Source: a virus
Lineage: Duplodnaviria > Caudoviricetes
Length of the DNA stretch: 64,000 nt
IMG/VR virus record: IMGVR_UViG_3300044446_000019
Span: 12 to 64,011 of that record
Direction: 5' to 3' (one strand)
Position numbers and translations under genes: made by a program
Notes under the pieces: generated by a model
Told to the model about the DNA's origin: nothing
Seen by the model: only the letters and a program-made list of their open reading frames with translations
Databases searched by the model: none
In this document: one piece after another, positions 56,815 through 64,000 of the stretch
How the letters are laid out: the number at the start of each line of letters is the position of its first letter
Position numbering within the stretch: position 1 is the first letter of the stretch

Positions 56815-57147
56815 TCAAGCATCCTCAGAGATCATTTCCTTTGTGGAGTGATCATCTCCGTTGCCGAGTTTGATCTCCGGGAAGGCCTCCTTCTCCGGCT
56901 GGTGGAACTCGGTGGCCCGCAGCCGCAGAAGTCGCTCTTCCATCGACAAGGGCAACTTCATCCCCTTGCAGAAGGATCGGATTATCCGTTCAGTGGGTCT
57001 CCAGCGGCCGATCTCGATGAGCCCCCAGCAGCCGTTGCTGATACCGGTGAGGTCTGCGACCTCCCGCTGCGTCAGGTCTGCTGTGTGTCGGAGCTGACGC
57101 ATCACCCTGCCCTCGGGGCTGGGTTCGTACTTCGGTCTATATACCAT
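56815..57147 (-). CDS. XRE-family HTH regulator
   Basis: LR..ADLTQREVADLTGIS...IE.GR..P. Confidence 0.85.
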   Translation of the reverse strand: MVYRPKYEPSPEGRVMRQLRHTADLTQREVADLTGISNGCWGLIEIGRWRPTERIIRSFCKGMKLPLSMEERLLRLRATEFHQPEKEAFPEIKLGNGDDHSTKEMISEDA

Positions 57148-57278
57148 CCTCCCACCTTACACCCCCCCCCTCCCGTGTACCAGTGGCAGGAAACTAAAGG
57201 GGTTCATCGATGGAATGGCAGGAAACTAAAGGGGTTCATCGATATCTCCGATCCCCTGACCAGCAGAAACAGGAACCG

Positions 57279-57399
57279 AGTGGCACGAGTGGCAGTTGTG
57301 TAAGTTCGATCTGGAAAAGTGTTTATATAACCGCCTAGTTGATCTAGGTAGCGCGTATATAGAAAGTCTTTCCGGAAACGAACTGCCACTCGTGCCACT
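57279..57399. other. AT-rich imperfect palindrome flanked by 19-bp inverted arms (candidate origin or packaging site)
   Basis: AGTGGCACGAGTGGCAGTT ... AACTGCCACTCGTGCCACT around TATATAACCGCCTAG..CTAGGTAGCGCGTATATA. Confidence 0.55.
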
Positions 57400-57473
57400 G
57401 TCGAGGAAGATTTCATCCGTTACGTCACCAAAATGGACACTGACTTTCCTGGCCTGGTTCGGCGACCGTGGCC

Positions 57474-57800
57474 TCAGACCCCGTCTGAGGCCATCCGAGC
57501 CTCCAGTTCGGCTACCTGCGCCACCGCAGCTTCCCGCTGAGTCAGGATCGGGTCCAGATCAGGCGAATCGGACTTCGTCAGTGGTGCTTCCAGGCGATAC
57601 AGCTTCGCCAACCTGTCCAGCACCCTGATCCCAGCCTCGATGAAGCGCGGATCAGGTTTCGCGAAGCTGCCGTCGACGTGTGGCTGGCACACGGACCAGA
57701 TCTGCTCCAGGCGTTGCACCAGCAGGGCCCGGACCATGGGTGCGCTGCCGGTTACTTCTTCCTCGCCGATGCCGTATTCGGTGGTTTCCAGGTCTCCCAT
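57474..57800 (-). CDS. Terminase small subunit-like protein
   Basis: QRLEQIW...D.R.IE...RVLDRLAKLYRLEAP resembles the actinophage TerS C-terminal motif. Confidence 0.55.
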   Translation of the reverse strand: MGDLETTEYGIGEEEVTGSAPMVRALLVQRLEQIWSVCQPHVDGSFAKPDPRFIEAGIRVLDRLAKLYRLEAPLTKSDSPDLDPILTQREAAVAQVAELEARMASDGV

Positions 57801-58263
57801 ACAGGCAGCATGTGCCTGGCAATGATGCATATCAACATGCAGTCGTAGTGCCACCAGGTATCCTGTATCCGAACACCTGTATCAGGGCTCAAGAGTAAGG
57901 GCAACGTTCTTAACAGATCGAAGAGGAGCACTGCAACAGGTGAGCTTCCGTATCAGGAACCAGTGCTATGCGGGCCCCTTAAACCGGACAAAACCGGTTT
58001 GCCTGTTGCCTGCCCTTACATGACACATATCCCCTGTGTCCGGTTTGGGTGGTGTGCCCTGTATCAGGTTGTGGATCATGGGGGTGAGGGGATGAGTCAT
58101 GATCGTTGATCTTGGTTAGTTGATCAATCGAGCGCTTGCTCTTGATCATGGATAGTGGATCATGGGGGTGATGGATCATGACTCAGGGTGACCTGAGCCC
58201 CAGCTGCCGCCCAGGAGGACTGGCCGCGCGGGTCCCTGCCCCAGCTGGGGAGTAGCAGCGTCG

Positions 58264-58548
58264 TCAGCTGGGGCAGGGGAGGGAGGTTAGGGGAGGGAGG
58301 TTAGGGGATCGAGGGTAGGCGCCACCATCCTCCAGTCCGAGGGCGTACGCACGGTTCACGAGGTCACGGCTGTCTGCCACCTGATCTTCTCTACCGTTCT
58401 GGTACGCCTTATTCAGCGCGGCAGCCACACGGTCAGCTACCTTGCGCGTCAGCCCGGTAATTGTGTCGCTGACGCCGGAGCCCTGGTCGTTGTGCTCGTC
58501 AACAGCATGATACCCATTACGGCCATTGACCAGATATGTACGCTTCAT
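58264..58548 (-). CDS. Hypothetical protein ending inside the IR
   Basis: AAAGGG RBS; divergent from 58678. Confidence 0.6.
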   Translation of the reverse strand: MKRTYLVNGRNGYHAVDEHNDQGSGVSDTITGLTRKVADRVAAALNKAYQNGREDQVADSRDLVNRAYALGLEDGGAYPRSPNLPPLTSLPCPS

Positions 58549-58677
58549 CGGTTATGTCCCTTTCTATGGTCAGAGTGGTCCCCGTATCGTCAACTGTAAC
58601 CCCTACCCCGGAGGGGGGGGGTGTGATATAGTTGGCGCTCCGGCCGGGAATACCGGCCCATGAACATGGGAGACACC

Positions 58678-58926
58678 ATGGACTATCAGATCTATGCCGA
58701 AACGATCGCGGCTCGCACCGGCACTAGCGTGGAAGCGCTACAGACCTACGCAGAGGCGTTGATCGGATTGGAGGTAGTCGGTGACGTCGGGTACGCGCTG
58801 GACACGGCGCTCCTGGTGCTGCGCAACGGCGACAATGACAAGCTCATCGACACCGTGCTCAACATGGAGGCGACTGAGCAGACCCAGCAGGCCAGTCGAC
58901 GTTACCGAGGCCGACACATCGGCTAG
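58678..58926 (+). CDS. Hypothetical protein
   Basis: GGGAG RBS. Confidence 0.6.
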   Translation: MDYQIYAETIAARTGTSVEALQTYAEALIGLEVVGDVGYALDTALLVLRNGDNDKLIDTVLNMEATEQTQQASRRYRGRHIG

Positions 58927-59011
58927 CGATCACCGTGATGGGTCAGGGCAACCTGGCCCATCCGCGCGGTGAGTACCGGGCATCGGCCCGGTATCAAGCT
59001 AGGGAGACAGC

Positions 59012-59161
59012 ATGCGGATTGATCTCACCGGGTACGGCGCCCGGTACCGCGCATTCCTGCTGGCTGCTATAGGTCAGCTATTCAGTTCCTACCTGCTACC
59101 GGGTAGCCCTGCCTACCGCACGATGACTGCGCTACGGCGCAACGTGCCGATGGCATCATGA
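59012..59161 (+). CDS. Small hypothetical protein (49 aa)
   Basis: AGGGAG RBS. Confidence 0.45.
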   Translation: MRIDLTGYGARYRAFLLAAIGQLFSSYLLPGSPAYRTMTALRRNVPMAS

Positions 59162-59264
59162 GAGACCCATGGACCATGGGTGCGATCCTGGCCGTGGTGT
59201 TCCTGGTATCGAGCCTGGTCACGACGGCCGTGATCAGGGAGCTTGAGAAACCCCCCCGCTAGAC

Positions 59265-59294
59265 TTGACACCCCAGCCCTACTGAGCTACTGTT
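59265..59294 (+). promoter_or_regulatory. Sigma70-type promoter
   Basis: TTGACA-18 bp-TACTGT. Confidence 0.65.
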
Positions 59295-59480
59295 TGACGT
59301 GTTCGGCGGGTACCGGCCCGATGCGCGATGCAGAGGTCGGCCCTTCGGAACCTGGCACCACTTTCCCGTGATCAACGGGCATCCTCCATAGTGATCCACA
59401 CATATAGATCTCCCGTAAACATGGCGGGCGACGCGCATTTGGCCACCGCTGTCAAAGCCGCGTCCGACCGTGTGGAGTGT

Positions 59481-59498
59481 TGGTTTCACGTGAAACCA
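59481..59498. promoter_or_regulatory. parS site 1
   Basis: GTTTCACGTGAAAC core of the bacterial parS consensus. Confidence 0.8.
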
Positions 59499-59521
59499 AC
59501 CCTGACCATGGGAGAAAGCAC

Positions 59522-59689
59522 ATGACACAGCCAGTTGCCACCGCGACCACGACTATCTATCAATCGCGGTTCGCTACGGCGCAGCGACGTATCGCTACCG
59601 CTATCGCCCTCGGGCTGGGGCCGGACCGGCATGACGTCCGGCAGGCGGAGCGATATCGGGGACTGCTTGCGCACGTCCCTGCCGCGTGA
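59522..59689 (+). CDS. Small hypothetical protein
   Basis: GGGAG RBS. Confidence 0.5.
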   Translation: MTQPVATATTTIYQSRFATAQRRIATAIALGLGPDRHDVRQAERYRGLLAHVPAA

Positions 59690-59793
59690 TCGTCTGATCG
59701 GTCCGCGCGGTCCCTGCCGGAGCCACGGACTCCGGCAGGGAGCCACGGGCGCCCGTCCACAAGGGACGGACGCGCGACCGAAGGGCAAGAACC

Positions 59794-60195
59794 ATGGATG
59801 AAGCAATGCGTACGGCACTGCTCACCGGTGACCTCGGCACGCTGCTAGAAAGTGCCGAGCCGGATGAGAGCTGGACGATTGACATCACCAACCCCGGGAC
59901 GGGTGCCATGTCCGGCACTCGTAACTACCGGTTCGACAACGCCATATGGGGACTCTTCCACGATGGTGACGACAACACGCGCAAAGTTTCCTTCGTGCGG
60001 TGTCTCGACGCTGCCGACGCTGCCGCGTCGGTCACGCTGGCCATTGAGCAAGCCACGATGGCCTACGGCATCGGCGTCAAGCTGGGGGCATTGCCTCCGG
60101 ACGGTTTGATCATCAGTCACCGTCTCAAGAGTGACTCAGACATGGGCGTCTTTACGGACACCATTATCCCGACAGGGATGGACGGAACCATCTGA
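59794..60195 (+). CDS. Hypothetical protein
   Basis: ORF with AAGGG RBS. Confidence 0.6.
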   Translation: MDEAMRTALLTGDLGTLLESAEPDESWTIDITNPGTGAMSGTRNYRFDNAIWGLFHDGDDNTRKVSFVRCLDAADAAASVTLAIEQATMAYGIGVKLGALPPDGLIISHRLKSDSDMGVFTDTIIPTGMDGTI

Positions 60196-60250
60196 CCTAC
60201 GGGTCGGGCCAGCTGGACTATCAAGCGTCCAGCTGGCCACGAGGGCTACA

Positions 60251-60266
60251 TGTTTCACGTGAAACA
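60251..60266. promoter_or_regulatory. parS site 2
   Basis: Perfect TGTTTCACGTGAAACA. Confidence 0.9.
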
Positions 60267-60289
60267 TGGCCCGTACCAAGGGAGACAAC

Positions 60290-60502
60290 ATGAACGACAC
60301 CACGAACACTGACGCCGTGGCCGTCCACACGCTGAATCTGGCCGTGGATTTCAGCGGTGAGGACATCGGCCCCCAGGATGCGGAATTGCTCGTGTCTGTG
60401 CTGAATGACCTTCTCGCCGGTATCGGCGGCGTAGTCCGCGTGACTCCGGGTACATACGTGGCCGGCAAGACGACCACGGTCAGTAACGTTCGGGTCGCGT
60501 AG
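60290..60502 (+). CDS. Hypothetical protein
   Basis: AAGGGAG RBS. Confidence 0.55.
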   Translation: MNDTTNTDAVAVHTLNLAVDFSGEDIGPQDAELLVSVLNDLLAGIGGVVRVTPGTYVAGKTTTVSNVRVA

Positions 60503-60532
60503 CACCACCACTCCACATGGAGGCATGGGCCA

Positions 60533-60548
60533 TGTTTCACGTGAAACA
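60533..60548. promoter_or_regulatory. parS site 3
   Basis: Perfect 16-mer inside the 28-bp palindrome GGGCCA-...-TGGCCC. Confidence 0.9.
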
Positions 60549-60848
60549 TGGCCCTGTGCCACCCGATGGACGGGTGGGATTGGGGCCAGTGATGGCTAAG
60601 CATGAAGCAGGCGGTAAGGACGCTGGCGGGAAGATCGGCAATCAAAACCCTAATAAGCGGGGGCGTGACGCCGATCCAACTCAGCGAGAGATTGTCCCGC
60701 ATACCGGGCAACCGATTGATGACGGGAAGCACAGCGACACCAACCCGAACCGTAACAAGTAGGTAAGGGTGGTCCGGCTGGCTATCAAGCGCCAGCCGGA
60801 CACGATCCTTTGGCCAGTGTCCAAGGGACAAGATGAAGGGACCGAAGC

Positions 60849-61598
60849 ATGGTCACAAGAGATGCCCTTGTCGAGGTGTTGAGCGCCGATCAGATGGTCA
60901 CGCTCGACGCGCTCACACAGCGGGTGAAAGACTCCGCGCAGCTCATCGCGCGGGAACGACTCACGGACATAGCCGTGCGTACCGCACGCGCGGCTAGCTG
61001 GTGCGACGACTTCAGGGCCTACGCACTGAAGGTCATTGGCCGGCCGGCTGGCCCGAAGGTCAATTGGCGTATTTCTGCCCGCAACCGTACCGAAAGGGAC
61101 ATGCGGGTCGAATTCCGCGACACGGACGGGCTCGACTGCTGGGGCTATGACGTCAATGGCTGGAAAGACGGGATAGGTCCTGACGGGTTCAACGCTGACG
61201 GTTGGAACGTCGACGGCTATAACCGTGAAGGGTTCGATACCGAGGGCCGCAATATGTTCCGATTCAACTCAAAGGGCCGGGATATCGAAGGTTACGACGC
61301 CAACGGCCGTAACCATGATGGACGCGACCGTGAGGGTTGGGATCAACTTGGCTTCCGCGATGGACGCGACCGTGATGGGTTCGACCACAACGGGCGCGAC
61401 ATGGACGGGTATGACCGCGAGGGCGTAGATCTTCACGGTCTTCGTCGTGACGGTACGGACCAATTCGGCCGACCACGGCTAGGGTTCGACCTCTGGGGGC
61501 GGGATGAGAATGGGTATGACCGCTACGGATACAACCGTGATAACGGTCGATACCTTACGCCCGTGCCGTTGGCCGAGCCTGTGTCGGCCGTGAGCTAG
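60849..61598 (+). CDS. Protein with C-terminal G(F/Y/R)DxxG repeats
   Basis: Many 5-residue repeats (DGFNA DGWNV DGYNR EGFDT ...). Confidence 0.8.
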   Translation: MVTRDALVEVLSADQMVTLDALTQRVKDSAQLIARERLTDIAVRTARAASWCDDFRAYALKVIGRPAGPKVNWRISARNRTERDMRVEFRDTDGLDCWGYDVNGWKDGIGPDGFNADGWNVDGYNREGFDTEGRNMFRFNSKGRDIEGYDANGRNHDGRDREGWDQLGFRDGRDRDGFDHNGRDMDGYDREGVDLHGLRRDGTDQFGRPRLGFDLWGRDENGYDRYGYNRDNGRYLTPVPLAEPVSAVS

Positions 61599-61688
61599 GA
61601 AACCCCCATCGGGGGCGGGTCAGGGATTAAACCTCACAGCGGACCCTGGCCCGGCGAACCGTCCACAGTGGACGGGGAAGGGGAACAA

Positions 61689-62153
61689 ATGAACGACATC
61701 ATCAGGGCTGCCGTAGTAGAGGCAGACTTCGCACCGGAGCACGTCGACGCTGTCGCGGCCTATCTGACAGCGGTGCGCAAAGAGGCAACCGACGTGTCCG
61801 TCCAGATGTACGTGGACCGGTCCGTGTCCATTGTGGACCGTTCTAGTTATCTTGGCGCAGTGCTCTCAGCTGCCTTCGGCCAGCCGACCACTACGGGCCG
61901 ACATAACGAACCCATGTTCTTCACCACCGACGGTAGCAGGGTGGTGTATCAAACACTGGACACGGTCAGGTACAACGTGATTGGAACCGACGTCAAGGGG
62001 GTCACGGTAGAAAACCCTGTGTATGACGGTGGTGACCCGATGCCGTTCCGCTTCGTGGAGCTGGCACCGGTGCCAGGGGAATTGACGCAGGATGATCTTG
62101 AAATGTTGTCAGAGTTCGAACCCTCGGACGACGACGACGACGACGACGACTAA
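61689..62153 (+). CDS. Hypothetical protein with a poly-Asp tail
   Basis: AAGGGG RBS; ends in D8. Confidence 0.65.
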   Translation: MNDIIRAAVVEADFAPEHVDAVAAYLTAVRKEATDVSVQMYVDRSVSIVDRSSYLGAVLSAAFGQPTTTGRHNEPMFFTTDGSRVVYQTLDTVRYNVIGTDVKGVTVENPVYDGGDPMPFRFVELAPVPGELTQDDLEMLSEFEPSDDDDDDDD

Positions 62154-62173
62154 CGCTCCTTGTGGGTGGGCCA

Positions 62174-62189
62174 TGTTTCACGTGAAACA
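62174..62189. promoter_or_regulatory. parS site 4
   Basis: Perfect 16-mer inside the same 28-bp palindrome. Confidence 0.9.
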
Positions 62190-62257
62190 TGGCCCGCTCA
62201 CTCGACGCGTCAGCGTGTGAGTACCGTGCAACATCGTTTTGAGAGGTACCCGGACCA

Positions 62258-62488
62258 ATGGTAGTAGAAGCAGTGTTTGTTACTGCGCCGACGCTCATCC
62301 TGGCGCATGTGACCTACCAGGACGCCAACAAGGACAAGCCATCTGATGAGTGGCCTCACCGAATCGCCTACCGCGTGTGCGTATTCCTGGTCCGCCACCA
62401 CGGCCGCTGGCTGTTGTGGACGGTATGTACGCCGTTGGTGCTCGTGCAACGTGCGATAAGGCGACGGAAGGGAGACAACGAGAATTGA
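62258..62488 (+). CDS. Small membrane protein
   Basis: GAGG RBS; hydrophobic segments. Confidence 0.45.
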   Translation: MVVEAVFVTAPTLILAHVTYQDANKDKPSDEWPHRIAYRVCVFLVRHHGRWLLWTVCTPLVLVQRAIRRRKGDNEN

Positions 62489-62628
62489 TCAAATGCTGGT
62501 GCCGCGTCCGGGAGCGCGGTGCCAGCCACATGGGGTAGTGGTCTGTCCGCACTGGTGCGCACCAGTCAACGGGCGTGATGGTTCGATTCCATCCCACCCC
62601 ACGACCGTCCACAGTGGACGGAGATAGG

Positions 62629-62970
62629 ATGTCCGATATGTGTATTATGGAAGTCCACAGTGGACAGCGTCAGTCGACCATGACGCAAGCTATGGCGCAC
62701 AATGCTTCCACGCTCGACCGTGATCTTGACATGCTGATCGAGGTGTTGACGCGCCGTGGCGGCGTGCTCCTGGCGGCGCCCGTCCAGCAGGCACAGGACC
62801 ACATTCACCGAGCCTATGCGGTCCTGCTGGACGCCTACGGTGAGGCCGTAGCGTCCGAGGTCACCGATCCCGAAGGACACGTGCACGACCACGACCATGG
62901 CTCGGAGCGCAGCCTGGTGGACCAGGCCCACCACGACGCCAGCCTGGCGCGACGGTACGAGACACGATGA
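62629..62970 (+). CDS. Hypothetical protein
   Basis: GGAG RBS. Confidence 0.5.
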   Translation: MSDMCIMEVHSGQRQSTMTQAMAHNASTLDRDLDMLIEVLTRRGGVLLAAPVQQAQDHIHRAYAVLLDAYGEAVASEVTDPEGHVHDHDHGSERSLVDQAHHDASLARRYETR

Positions 62971-63200
62971 TTGACCGGCTGATCGAAACGGCGTCACCGA
63001 TCGCGTATCTGGTAGGAATGTTCGCCCTTGCCGTGTGGTGGGGCCGAGTGACCTTCAAACGTTGGGAGAAACGACAGGACGACGACTAGATGAACTGGGC
63101 AGGGTGCCTGGCGTGCACCACGCGAACGTACGAGCGCGTGGGGGGTTCGAATCCCCTCCTGTCCACGTTCCCTCCACTGTGGAGGGAAGTAGGGAGCATC

Positions 63201-63491
63201 ATGGAAAAACAGGATTGGTTTTGGGTCATATTCGGTTTGGTAGCTGCATTATGGGTCATTGCAACCGTGATCGGTACCGGGCTCGCAGACGCACGTCAGC
63301 GCGACCGTGCCGAGGCTCAAGATGAGCGCGACATGGATGCAGCCTGGCATTGTTATGCGCTGACGGGCGAGCCTAGCCCGTCCGAGTTACGCGCTAGTCA
63401 GGTGAATGTCGCAGAGGCACGTGACGAGAAAGAGGTGCAGACCATATTGCGCCGTGAGCTGCGCTCACCCACGCCGCCGGCTGGCACCTAA
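63201..63491 (+). CDS. Membrane protein
   Basis: AGGGAG RBS; N-terminal TM helix. Confidence 0.55.
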   Translation: MEKQDWFWVIFGLVAALWVIATVIGTGLADARQRDRAEAQDERDMDAAWHCYALTGEPSPSELRASQVNVAEARDEKEVQTILRRELRSPTPPAGT

Positions 63492-63762
63492 GCCGACCAC
63501 CGCACCACTGTCCCGTTCTGCCCGCGCTCGTGTGCTCGACAGAGCCGTGATCGCGTGGCGAGTCGGTAAGCCACATCGAGCGTGGGAGATCCTTGCCGAG
63601 GCAGGGATGTCCGACTATTGGGCGCGGTTTCAGCGCACTGCCCTCCAGCACGCCCGGAGGGGTTACACCCGCGCGATGGATCGTTACGTCGCATGACCAC
63701 AACTACCCCGGAGCCAGCAGGCTCCGGGGTAGTTGTGTTGATCCGACGACACAGGAGGCACC

Positions 63763-63960
63763 ATGGCACGTCCACAGTGGACCGCAATACAGGCGTACGA
63801 TCCCGATGAGGGTAGGTGGTATGACCTTGCCGTGCTCCCTTCACAGCGAGCGGCACGCGGTCAGTTGGCTTTCTACCGTCTCACCGGTGGTAGTGGTCGA
63901 CGTCATCGCCTGCTACGGACCGGTCCTACCGCCCTCGATCCCCTAACCTCCCTCCCCTAA
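63763..63960 (+). CDS. Hypothetical protein ending inside the IR
   Basis: AGGAGG RBS. Confidence 0.6.
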   Translation: MARPQWTAIQAYDPDEGRWYDLAVLPSQRAARGQLAFYRLTGGSGRRHRLLRTGPTALDPLTSLP

Positions 63961-64000
63961 CCTCCCTCCCCTGCCCCAGCTGACGACGCTGCTACTCCCC
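63932..64000. repeat. Inverted repeat copy (partial, runs off the window end); exact revcomp of 58247-58315
   Basis: Direct comparison. Confidence 0.97.

Larger units (their letters stand above)
57144..58315. repeat. Inferred ~1.17-kb inverted repeat (complete copy)
   Basis: 57144-57253 = revcomp of 1-110; 58247-58315 = revcomp of 63932-64000. The middle part is inferred. Confidence 0.75.

Noticed and set aside
62128-62150. (GAC)n run resembling the CGAC tag
   Set aside because: It encodes the poly-Asp tail and has period 3, with no pentamer blocks.

Overview
The window holds almost a whole high-GC (~60%) actinobacterial tailed-phage genome, apparently a siphovirus. I found no integrase or stand-alone DNA polymerase. 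Layout: (1) 107-11.5k, + strand early/accessory genes (XRE regulator, four tandem paralogs, RusA, 2 tRNAs, a secreted beta-helix protein); (2) 11.6-45.9k, - strand late operon (terminase, portal, head, tail, glycosylation cluster, endolysin); (3) 45.9-55.6k, + strand tRNA/ncRNA cluster, then replication genes (exonuclease, SSB-like, primase-helicase, two ParB-like); (4) 57.1-64k, an inverted-repeat region and a 5.6-kb segment of small genes, palindromes and parS sites. Main signal: a stand-alone Cas7/RAMP-like gene (4464-5204) sits beside non-CRISPR arrays made of a CGAC tag plus a run of 5-nt blocks ending in C. Five such arrays are spread over the genome on the same strand, one hidden inside the primase ORF, which suggests an RNA-guided system with a 5-nt periodic guide code. 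Second: both window ends match the two ends of 57144-58315 in inverted orientation, implying a quadripartite (large single copy / IR / small single copy / IR) genome. Third: a conserved gene is followed by tRNA-like RNAs carrying 6-nt periodic CAA-NNN inserts. Protein calls come from motif recognition by eye, not from database searches.
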